Below are positions 1 to 8,219 of a DNA stretch of 20,000 nt, piece by piece. Positions within the stretch are counted from its first letter, which is position 1. Each line of letters begins with the position of its first letter. The notes under the pieces are model-generated. The model was given only the letters and a program-made list of their open reading frames with translations, ran no database searches and was not told the origin of the DNA. Location of the stretch: the IMG/VR virus record IMGVR_UViG_3300013105_000023; one strand, 5' to 3'. Origin of the DNA: an uncultured virus (IMG/VR IMGVR_UViG_3300013105_000023) (lineage: Duplodnaviria > Heunggongvirae > Uroviricota > Caudoviricetes). The position numbers were made by a program, and so were the translations under genes.

Positions 1-2
1 TT

Positions 3-569
3 CCATCGATGTCGGATCTCCTGGGTATCGGTCCGGAAGACATTGCCGCGATCCTGACGTCGTGGAACAACACGCTGAATGACATTCTGTCGGTGCCGAA
101 TGCCATCATCAACAAGGTGAATAGCTACGCGGACGAGGCTGTGTCATACTTGACGACGGTCGAGCGTGGACTTGACCAGATGATGGGCCAGATCACCGGT
201 ACCGTCGGGGCGTTCTACGGCGCTGTCGACAAGGTTAAGGACACGATCGGCACCATTGCCAACTTCCCGGAAAGCCTGGCATCCCGTGTGGGTCGCTTCC
301 TGGATAACGGCTTCATGTCACCAAACGGAGCGGACGGTTCCTTCCTGCTCAGTTCACACGGCGGCGGCAACGGGGACAGCCCCAGCAATGCCCTGGTCGG
401 TGGCGGAGCCCTCGGAGCGGCGGCCGCGGCGAGTTTGCTGTCTGCGGGGTCGCGAGCAGATCCGGGACCACAGCGTGGCGCCACGATCAAGCCAGTTCCG
501 GTTAACGTAGGTATCGTGAAGAATTCAGATCAAACGGCAACACTGCCAGTGGGAGTAATCGATGAGTAA
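3..569 (+). CDS. 5'-truncated hypothetical protein, probably virion/tail-associated
   Basis: Frame is open from the window start, so the true start is probably upstream. Amphipathic helical stretch then a Gly/Ala-rich region. Stop overlaps the next ATG (ATGAGTAA, 562-569). Function inferred only from position. Confidence 0.6.
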   Translation, partial: PSMSDLLGIGPEDIAAILTSWNNTLNDILSVPNAIINKVNSYADEAVSYLTTVERGLDQMMGQITGTVGAFYGAVDKVKDTIGTIANFPESLASRVGRFLDNGFMSPNGADGSFLLSSHGGGNGDSPSNALVGGGALGAAAAASLLSAGSRADPGPQRGATIKPVPVNVGIVKNSDQTATLPVGVIDE

Positions 570-1242
570 TTTAGGTGTTCGTTCCTACGCCAACTCGATG
601 TTGATCGAGAACCTGTTCCGTCAGCGGGCCATGCCAGACCTGCTGCCGAACGTGAAATCCTTCACGACCCGCATCCTGATGCCGAGCGTGAAGATCGTCG
701 AGGATGATTGTCACACGTTGATTGGCCGTAACGTCTCGGCCGATGACTATTCCATGGTGGGCTTGCTCGCCTTGGATACCGACGAGATCATCGATGAAGC
801 GTACGTCGTGGAACGTTACAAGAAGAACATTTTCACGATTCGCGTGCGTGACACGTGTGCATGTACCAGTACCGGTGGCATTTGTCGTAAGTGCTTGCAC
901 GGGACGTTTATCCGTTTGGGTATCAAGGACGATGTTCCGGCGGTGGGTTCCACCATCCGCATGCCAGTGGAGTCCTCGTCGTACCTGAACGCTCTGGCCA
1001 AGACTTACAGTGGCGCCCTGCTCGGGGTAAAACCCATGGCGGCAGCGCCATTGCCGATCCGTCCTGATTTATACGGTGGGATGGTGACCCACGAGGAAAT
1101 GACAATGGTTATCCGTGAGATGGCGTCTTTAAAAATCCCAACAGATGAGGTAGACTACCTCAATGGGATTCACGACAAATTCGAACGTGCCCTAGCGATT
1201 GTTGCTTACTACGGAGTCTACGGTAATGCGTTTAGAAAATAG
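562..1242 (+). CDS. RNA polymerase beta-prime-like fragment (bridge-helix end plus Zn site 2), 226 aa
   Basis: [20 protein letters not shown] resembles RpoC [45 protein letters not shown] resembles [21 protein letters not shown]. C50, C101, C108 and C111 match E. coli C814/C888/C895/C898 with the same C-x6-C-x2-C spacing. GGGAG SD upstream. Confidence 0.75.
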   Translation: [226 protein letters not shown]

Positions 1243-4200
1243 TCTTGGCGGGGATAACATTTACACCAACTTTCGGGTGTACGTGGAAGGGGTAGAAATC
1301 CCCTTCTCTTCAGCCAATATCTCCAACTCCTATGGTGGCCTCCCAACGGCCACCGTTTACGTTGCCCCTTGGCGTGGCTTCACGGAGATCACGAAGGGAT
1401 ACTTCCCGAAAATCCAGATCTTCTACCGTGACTTCAACCAGGGCCTGGCACCGTACGACGTTAAACGGCTGATCAGCACCATTCCGGATATTGAAGGTGC
1501 CGAAGAACGACTCGAAAACGCCAAAGAGACCTTCAACAAGGTCGAGCGTAACGCGTACAAACTGCTGTTCGACGGCGTTATTGCCAGCGTCCAGGACTCC
1601 AAGAGCCTGGGTGGCGACGGCGGCCAGTCTTCTATGGCGTTCAACTGCGTCCACCCTCACTATTTGCTGAACGAAATCCTCTTCAAGTTCATCGGGACCA
1701 ACCCGGAGACCGAGACGGCGAAGGATTCTGCGTTCGGGATCATGGTCGACGGCGGTAACGTCGGTTCAGTCTTTGCCATTGAGCAAGCCTTGGCCGGTGT
1801 CCACGAGCCACGCGACGGGGATAAGACCCTGGAAGCCGGTGGCAGTGACACGTCAGTGCTCTCAGAAGGCATGCAGGACAACTATTGGCGCCTTCAAGGC
1901 ATGCCCGGTGTCATTGTGGCCATGTGGAACTCCCTGAAACGCTCGGCTTACTCCGCGGCGTCGCAGGAAGACAAGTCGATCATGACCAAAATGTACATTC
2001 CGCTGTTAGAAGACGGCTTGAAGTACTTCAACCGCATGACGGGCCACCCGGTAATCGAAGGAGCGATCCAAAAGGACGCTCAGATCGCCCCGACGCCTGC
2101 TCCAACGGTGACGCAGACAGCAGAAAGCAACACGACACCAACCGGAAAGCTTCCCGAGCCGCCAAAAGGCACCCTCGGACAGAAGTTCATGTCGGATAAA
2201 GGTAAAAAAGAGCTGATTGAGTTCTCTGAAGGCCGTCGTTACCGTCTTTACGACGATGCTACCGGCAAAGAGATCACTTTCGCGGCCGATGCAGTGGGTA
2301 CGCCGACCATCGGTGTAGGTCATGCCGTGAAGAAAACGGATACCACCTACGATAAAGTCACTCTTTCGGACTTGGACATCGATAAACTGCTGAGCCAAGA
2401 CGTGGCGTCGGCGACACAGGCTGTAAACAACCTGGGATTAACCCTGTCACAGGGTCAGTTTGACGCTCTCGTGGACCTGACGTTTAACGTTGGCCCTGGT
2501 GCCAAGGGCGGTAAGGACGGAGCACTGTGGCAGGCAAGCGGCGAACCGTCAACGATCGTCCGTTTGATCACCGAAGGGAACACCCAAGGCGCTGCTGACG
2601 GCTTCCTCGCGTGGACCAAAGCGGGTGGATCGGTATCTCAAGGTCTGGTGACCCGCCGTTCACGCGACCGTTCATTCTTCCTGGATGCTCCGCTGCCCTC
2701 CTCCCAGGAGTTGGCAAACCAAGCCGCCGCGGCCAAAGGGACCACCGAAGAGATGTCGAACAACAACGGCAAACTCGTCCCGGCCAACCTGAATGGCTTG
2801 ATGCCGCGTGCCATGGCCGAACAGCTGCTGCACATCATGTCCAACGATCTGATGTCAGGCGGTACCGGTGAAGTGACGTCGTTTGGTTCGTTCATTCAGC
2901 AGTTCCTGCAGATCATCGAGTACGATCACGTCATCCTAAGCTCGCCGGCAGTACTGGGTATCGCGGGCCGCCGTGAAGTCATCGACCACGTGTTTAAACC
3001 GAAGATGTTTGCGTACTATTCACCGATCTGTAACGTCATTCTGCCACACATGTACGAATCGATGAGTGTGAACCTCGGGACAGACCAAGTGCCTTCCCGT
3101 GTGATCTACAACGCGATGCCGTTCCAAGCGGACTCGGCCATGAATGCCACGACCGATGTGTTCGCCCACAACTTCATTGCCCCACACTCTGTCCGTAAGG
3201 CGCTGGCCAACGGCGGTAACCTGTCCAAGACGTTGCTCCCAATGCGTGCGACCCCTGGCAAATACGAGTGGGCGAGCGGTGTGCGGACGGCGGACGGTAA
3301 CCTGCCATTCTGGTACAGCGTGCTGTCTCAGCAGTCTGAATCAGCGAACGTCGGCGACTTGGCAGACAAAGACACCGGTGCCCGCCTTAAAGCGGCATGG
3401 TTGAAGCTGTATCCAGAAGACCCGAACCTGAACCCGTGGGACGTGACGCTGGCGGGAATCAACGCGTATGAACGCTTGTTCTTCACCGGTGTCGACGTGG
3501 AATACTCGAACATCTACTCGTCCGCCCGCTCTGGCGTCGTGGATGGCGTGTTCAACCCGTTCATCATCCCGGGTTACCCAATGGACGTGGTCGATCCGTC
3601 GCCGCTCCGTGAGTCATACCACGGTTTCTGCACCAGCGTGAACCACTCAATCGATGCATCGGGCTACTCTTCGACCAACATTGGGATGAGCTCTGCGTAC
3701 ACCTTCTCGGAATTGGCCACGTGCTACATCCCGGGAACGTATCCGTGGCTGCTCGCTCAGTTGAAGATGGATGAAAACCTGAAGATGTACGGCAATACGC
3801 CTGCTTTCCAGCGTGCCTGCCAGTACTACGTTGACGTGCTCGGCGTCGGTGCAGCAGATCCGACCATCCTCGAAGCGTACTCAACCGGTAGACCAATCCC
3901 GGTGACGCGTAACATGGGTGTCTGGGAGATCGGTGGCTCAGAGGCCGTGAATGATCCGTCTCGCCCAACGCTCTACACGACGGCACTCGGTAACCTGAAC
4001 CTCGTGGCCCGCAACATCTCGACGCTTCTGGATGTTCAGATGGAACACAGCGTTCTGGCTGAAACTTTCGTGGATATCGACATGTGGAACCAAGGGTCAC
4101 CGACCGTGGAAGAAGTCCGCAAGGGTCCGTGGGTGAATGACGGCAAGACCGCATCGAGCAGTACGCTGCGGGGTCGCGACATGGAGTCTTCGGCGTTCAT

Positions 4201-4744
4201 CGACTACGAGTTCGACGGCGAGACGCCAGATCCAATCGTGAACGGCGGTCCACGTGATACCAACACGTCTCCGACGCCAGGTGCTCCGATCACCAGCGAT
4301 GAGAATGCGGCCAAGAGTCTGCCGGCCACGCCAACCGTTCTGCCTAAACTAGGTAAGCGGTGCTCGGTAGGCGTACTGGACTCGTCTTCACAGTCGATTC
4401 TGGCCTCCTGTCACCCGGATCTGATTAAGGTCGTGATGAAAGTCATCGAGACTCGCCCTGTGGTCGTCACCAGCGGTTACCGCTCTGGCGCCAAGCAGCA
4501 AGCCCTCGAGAACGACGCGTCGTCTTACGCTCAAGGTGCTGGCAACGGCTCTCGCCACCGTAAGTACCCGTCATGGGCGGTGGACATGGTGCCGTGCAAC
4601 GATCTGCATGCATCTTCACGTGCGGTGATGAGTAACTTCGCCCAGTACGTACTGCAAGTCGGGAACTCACTCGGCGTCAAGCTGCGTTGGGGCGGGAACT
4701 TCTCAACCTATGATCCGGTGCACTTCGACTTAGGCCTCGGTTAA
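1226..4744 (+). CDS. Baseplate hub-like protein with inserted GH24 lysozyme and C-terminal M15 peptidase
   Basis: ATG 1226 follows GGAG (1213-1216). Hub-like N-terminus (FRVYVEGVEIP...LLFDGVIASV) and hub-like C-terminal strands (FNPFIIPGYPMDV...TSVNHSIDASGYSST). Lysozyme motifs SEG..YDD, TIGVGH, QGQFDALVDLTFNVG, GLVTRR at about 2186-2686. M15 motifs CHPDL, SGYRS, SRH, AVD, WGGNF..DPVHFD at about 4376-4741. Confidence 0.85.
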   Translation: MRLENSLGGDNIYTNFRVYVEGVEIPFSSANISNSYGGLPTATVYVAPWRGFTEITKGYFPKIQIFYRDFNQGLAPYDVKRLISTIPDIEGAEERLENAKETFNKVERNAYKLLFDGVIASVQDSKSLGGDGGQSSMAFNCVHPHYLLNEILFKFIGTNPETETAKDSAFGIMVDGGNVGSVFAIEQALAGVHEPRDGDKTLEAGGSDTSVLSEGMQDNYWRLQGMPGVIVAMWNSLKRSAYSAASQEDKSIMTKMYIPLLEDGLKYFNRMTGHPVIEGAIQKDAQIAPTPAPTVTQTAESNTTPTGKLPEPPKGTLGQKFMSDKGKKELIEFSEGRRYRLYDDATGKEITFAADAVGTPTIGVGHAVKKTDTTYDKVTLSDLDIDKLLSQDVASATQAVNNLGLTLSQGQFDALVDLTFNVGPGAKGGKDGALWQASGEPSTIVRLITEGNTQGAADGFLAWTKAGGSVSQGLVTRRSRDRSFFLDAPLPSSQELANQAAAAKGTTEEMSNNNGKLVPANLNGLMPRAMAEQLLHIMSNDLMSGGTGEVTSFGSFIQQFLQIIEYDHVILSSPAVLGIAGRREVIDHVFKPKMFAYYSPICNVILPHMYESMSVNLGTDQVPSRVIYNAMPFQADSAMNATTDVFAHNFIAPHSVRKALANGGNLSKTLLPMRATPGKYEWASGVRTADGNLPFWYSVLSQQSESANVGDLADKDTGARLKAAWLKLYPEDPNLNPWDVTLAGINAYERLFFTGVDVEYSNIYSSARSGVVDGVFNPFIIPGYPMDVVDPSPLRESYHGFCTSVNHSIDASGYSSTNIGMSSAYTFSELATCYIPGTYPWLLAQLKMDENLKMYGNTPAFQRACQYYVDVLGVGAADPTILEAYSTGRPIPVTRNMGVWEIGGSEAVNDPSRPTLYTTALGNLNLVARNISTLLDVQMEHSVLAETFVDIDMWNQGSPTVEEVRKGPWVNDGKTASSSTLRGRDMESSAFIDYEFDGETPDPIVNGGPRDTNTSPTPGAPITSDENAAKSLPATPTVLPKLGKRCSVGVLDSSSQSILASCHPDLIKVVMKVIETRPVVVTSGYRSGAKQQALENDASSYAQGAGNGSRHRKYPSWAVDMVPCNDLHASSRAVMSNFAQYVLQVGNSLGVKLRWGGNFSTYDPVHFDLGLG

Positions 4745-4757
4745 GGGTATAAGAAAT

Positions 4758-5048
4758 ATGGCTCAATACAGTGACATTTTGACCTACCCTGAAGGACTTC
4801 CGGCCCAGCTGCCGGAGTCCCAGGTGGTGGACCCAGATGCGAATCTGGCAGAAACCGACAAGATGAACGTCGTTCGGCGTTTTAACAACATGATCCCAAC
4901 GGTGCTGATCTCTGACCAGCGTCTCTCGACGACCTCGAATGCAAAGGACTGCTTCGTGTACCGTCGGAATTCGCTCAAGCTGCAGCAACTGATGGTGGAT
5001 TACTCGTACAACGTCGTGCGGGCGTTCAATTTAACTCAAGAGGTGTAA
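4758..5048 (+). CDS. Hypothetical protein, 96 aa
   Basis: Fills the gap between hub and sigma genes. Its 3' end carries the GAGG SD for the next gene. No recognised motif. Confidence 0.75.
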   Translation: MAQYSDILTYPEGLPAQLPESQVVDPDANLAETDKMNVVRRFNNMIPTVLISDQRLSTTSNAKDCFVYRRNSLKLQQLMVDYSYNVVRAFNLTQEV

Positions 5049-5049
5049 C

Positions 5050-5751
5050 ATGAATGATTTAGGCGACAAGGATCTCGAGCTATTCCACGCGTGGAAAAAC
5101 ACCGGGGATAAGAAGGCTCTGAAGAACCTGGTGAACAACCTGAAGCCGATCATCCAGAGTGAGACGACGAAGCTCTCTGGAAGCTTGCCTGCCTCGGCCT
5201 TGAAAGGTGAGGTCGTCTCCTGGACGATTCGTGCTATCAAGGATTACGATCCGAGCAAAGGCACCAAGCTGTCGACCCACGTCTATAACTGGACGCGTAA
5301 GGCCAAGCGCCTGAACTACACGTACCAGAACCTGGCGAACATGGGTGAGGACAAACAGCTGCAGTACGGCAAGTACAACCTCGCGGTGACCAACCTTGAG
5401 GATGAACACGGCCGGGAACCGACCAACAAGGAAATTGGCCAACGGCTGGGCTGGTCGGAGAAAGAAGTCGAGAAGTATAAAGGCCTGATCTTCCAGGATC
5501 ACTTTGAGTCCGGCAATCTGTACTCTGCCGAGCACTCACGGTTCAACTCGGACCCGCTGAAACTAAACTACATTAGAGACAAGCTGACCCCGGACGAACT
5601 GAAGATCCTTGATGGACGAGCGAATAAGATCCCTGCGGGTGATATCGCTCAGTCACTCAACATGAACATCAACCAGTACAACTATGCGTCCGGTAAGCTG
5701 ACAAGTAAAGTGCAGCAACTACTATCGGAGTATGGAACGTGGGACAACTAA
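5050..5751 (+). CDS. Phage sigma70-family sigma factor (regions 2, 3, 4; group-3-like size)
   Basis: GDKKALKNLVNNLKPII (2.1), AIKDYDPSKGTKLSTHVYNW (2.2-2.3), LEDEHGREPTNKEIGQRLGWSEKEV (region 3), KLTPDELKIL...AGDIAQSLNMN (region 4 HTH). GAGG SD. Confidence 0.9.
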   Translation: MNDLGDKDLELFHAWKNTGDKKALKNLVNNLKPIIQSETTKLSGSLPASALKGEVVSWTIRAIKDYDPSKGTKLSTHVYNWTRKAKRLNYTYQNLANMGEDKQLQYGKYNLAVTNLEDEHGREPTNKEIGQRLGWSEKEVEKYKGLIFQDHFESGNLYSAEHSRFNSDPLKLNYIRDKLTPDELKILDGRANKIPAGDIAQSLNMNINQYNYASGKLTSKVQQLLSEYGTWDN

Positions 5752-6131
5752 CCGACATCCCTGGACTGGTCAAACAGCATTTCGAAAAGGTTTCGGGCTA
5801 CTTCGGTAGCCTTTCGGGGTTCTTTGGGGACCCCGAGTCTCCTCCGAAAGACGCCAAAGACGCTATCCAGGGCGTGGACCTCTCAGGTCTGCGAAGAGCA
5901 ATCCAGAGTCGTGTAAACGGCTCTGCCTCCACCGCCAATGCCGCCCTTTTAGATTCCTTTCGTAATATGGACTCCGTCGTCGCCGAAATGGGCCTGCGGA
6001 ACATGTCACGGGCGGAGTATTACCGTGAGGCGGCATCTGAAGCGGGTATCCGTGAGGCAAACTGGCAAAGCACCATGCAGGGTAACCTGTACAACTTAAC
6101 GGGAGCCCGACCGGCTCCGAAGGATAGCTGA
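5739..6131 (+). CDS. Hypothetical protein, 130 aa
   Basis: GTG start with GGAG SD at 5727-5730. Overlaps the sigma stop and shares TGATG with the next gene. Confidence 0.7.
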   Translation: MGQLTDIPGLVKQHFEKVSGYFGSLSGFFGDPESPPKDAKDAIQGVDLSGLRRAIQSRVNGSASTANAALLDSFRNMDSVVAEMGLRNMSRAEYYREAASEAGIREANWQSTMQGNLYNLTGARPAPKDS

Positions 6132-6637
6132 TGGCCCGCGTAGGCAATAGTGAAAACCTAAAGCAGCAAGACCGCTATGATCTGCTGCTCTTGAGCTTCC
6201 CCGACGGCTTCCCGAACTCCAAGCTGGAATTCACGCTTGGGGAAAACCCACGGAAGATCACCGGGCTGCAGAAAGTCGTCCAGGTGTTCATCAAGTGTTT
6301 GATGACCGGGCAAGGGAGCGACCCGATCTACCCGAAGCAAGGCACAGACTTCCGCAATTACGTGTGGTATTCTAACATCACCGAAAGCGCCACGGCGGCC
6401 CGGGCGGCGATCACGTCTGCAGTCAAGCAGGCGAGTGACCAAGCGAAAGCCATTCTGAACTCCTATCTGTATTCTGCGGAGTCTCAGCTGGAGAGCGTCG
6501 AAGTGCTGGATGCCGTACAGGGTAGCGAAACAACCATCGTCAAGGTCCGCATCCTGACCAAAGCCGGCGTAGGCGCCCCGATCGCCCTGCCGTTTAACAG
6601 TACCGGTTTAGTCCTGAATGAGGTAACCAATGGCTAA
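6131..6637 (+). CDS. Baseplate wedge subunit, T4 gp25/P2 gpW-like
   Basis: ITGLQKVVQVFIKCLMTGQGSDPIYPKQGTDF fits the gp25/gpW L-x-T-x-x-G....P..G pattern. Directly precedes the baseplate-J-like gene. Confidence 0.75.
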   Translation: MARVGNSENLKQQDRYDLLLLSFPDGFPNSKLEFTLGENPRKITGLQKVVQVFIKCLMTGQGSDPIYPKQGTDFRNYVWYSNITESATAARAAITSAVKQASDQAKAILNSYLYSAESQLESVEVLDAVQGSETTIVKVRILTKAGVGAPIALPFNSTGLVLNEVTNG

Positions 6638-8219
6638 CGATATCTTTTCCGTAATGAGCTCGCTGGAGTTGTCAGCCGATGACGTCCAGCAAGCAGAAGT
6701 CTTCGCCCAGCAATATCTGGAGTCGAAGTTCCCGACGGTCGACTTCCGTCAGGGCACCGGTGTGCGTGACTTGGTGATTCGTCCCAACGCGATGCTGATT
6801 GCTCTGGTCCGCAAGTACACCGAAACGTATTTCGACAATGCCACCCTGGCCAACGTCACTGAAAGTACGCCGGCTGAAGTCGTTGACAACATCCTGTCGA
6901 ACTTCTTCGTCACCCGTAACAGCGGTTCCTTCGCGACGGTCCGCACACGTCTGTACTTCCTGTTCCAGAATGGGATTCCAAGCAACGTGAGCCTGCCGAC
7001 GTCAGCGTTCTTCTCACCCGATAACACCCACATGTTCTTCCCGTCGGCTCCGGTCTTTGCCCAGCCGCTGAAGGACGGTGACACGCCGATCTCCGGAATG
7101 ACCTACCTGCAGTACGATTCCTCGGAAGAACTGTGGTATTTCGACGCGGACATGTCCTCACAGACGTCTGACGAAGCGTTCAACGACTTCAAAGACAACG
7201 ATCTGCTGTACTTCACGCTGTTCAACCCGTACTTCGTGAAAGGCAAGATCCTGTACCAGGACACGCCAGCCGTTCGTCAGGAAACTAACCTGGAGATGGT
7301 GGACCGTTCGTACAACTCGATCTCAACCCGTAACCTGATCAACGACCCGTCGATCACTTCGCGTCTGTATGACGTGTTCAACTACCTGCAGCGTATCAAG
7401 GTGGTGGGCATGGGTGATCCGGACATGTGGCGTGACTACGTGCAGGTTGAAGGCGTCTTCGAGAACCTGCAGACCGAGAAGCTCGACAAGTTCCGCATCC
7501 ACATTGGTGGTACCGTGGATATCTACGCTGACACGCCGTTCCGTACGTCTGTCGTGCAGTACACCACGAACGCAGCAGGAGTGATTGAACTGACCGGCGG
7601 AATCTTCGACATTGAACGCTCAACCCTGTCTGGTGGCGTGGATGCCGACCAGATTCCCCAGACGGCGACCGCGGCGATCTCCTACCCGAACACCACGGTG
7701 TACACCGATCACGTGCCACTCGTGCCGCAGAAAGACTTCGGCCTGTCGGCGAAGCAGATCGTGCACATCGACTTCGGTCTGGACTACCCGAACCAGACGG
7801 CAAGCTTCGTGGTCCGCAAGTTCACCGGCCTGGAAGACATCCAGTCGTTCCTGGAAGATCAGCAGTCCCGTGTCGTCTGTGCAAACCAACTGGTCCGTGC
7901 CTTCGAGCCGATCCTGGTGAACGTGGAAGCCAAGGGTTACGAACAATCGTACTCGGCCACACAGATCTCTGCTGCCCGCAAAGCGATCGAAGACTACTTC
8001 AACCAGACTCCGGTTAATGGTACCATCTACGTCTCAGAGATTTATAAGCTGATTGGCGACGCCGGTTTGACCAGCATCAAGGCACCTCTTCCTGTGAGCG
8101 TTTACGCCATCGCGAAGGACTTGGTTGGCACCAGTGCGACGATCACAGACGGGTACACCGCAGGCAGCACGCAGCGTTTCTACCTGGATACCTTTACTGT
8201 TACTCCGGAGCCTAAATGA
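6630..8219 (+). CDS. Baseplate J-like (gp6-like) wedge protein
   Basis: N-terminal VDFRQGTGVRDLVIRP, NFFVTRNSGSFAT, ETNLEMVDR and GGTVDIY motifs are typical of baseplate-J proteins. GAGG SD. Gene order after the gp25-like gene fits. Confidence 0.8.
   Translation: MANDIFSVMSSLELSADDVQQAEVFAQQYLESKFPTVDFRQGTGVRDLVIRPNAMLIALVRKYTETYFDNATLANVTESTPAEVVDNILSNFFVTRNSGSFATVRTRLYFLFQNGIPSNVSLPTSAFFSPDNTHMFFPSAPVFAQPLKDGDTPISGMTYLQYDSSEELWYFDADMSSQTSDEAFNDFKDNDLLYFTLFNPYFVKGKILYQDTPAVRQETNLEMVDRSYNSISTRNLINDPSITSRLYDVFNYLQRIKVVGMGDPDMWRDYVQVEGVFENLQTEKLDKFRIHIGGTVDIYADTPFRTSVVQYTTNAAGVIELTGGIFDIERSTLSGGVDADQIPQTATAAISYPNTTVYTDHVPLVPQKDFGLSAKQIVHIDFGLDYPNQTASFVVRKFTGLEDIQSFLEDQQSRVVCANQLVRAFEPILVNVEAKGYEQSYSATQISAARKAIEDYFNQTPVNGTIYVSEIYKLIGDAGLTSIKAPLPVSVYAIAKDLVGTSATITDGYTAGSTQRFYLDTFTVTPEPK

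Noticed and set aside
1199..1225. Upstream TTG start for the hub gene
   Set aside because: ATG 1226 has a GGAG SD and a shorter overlap.
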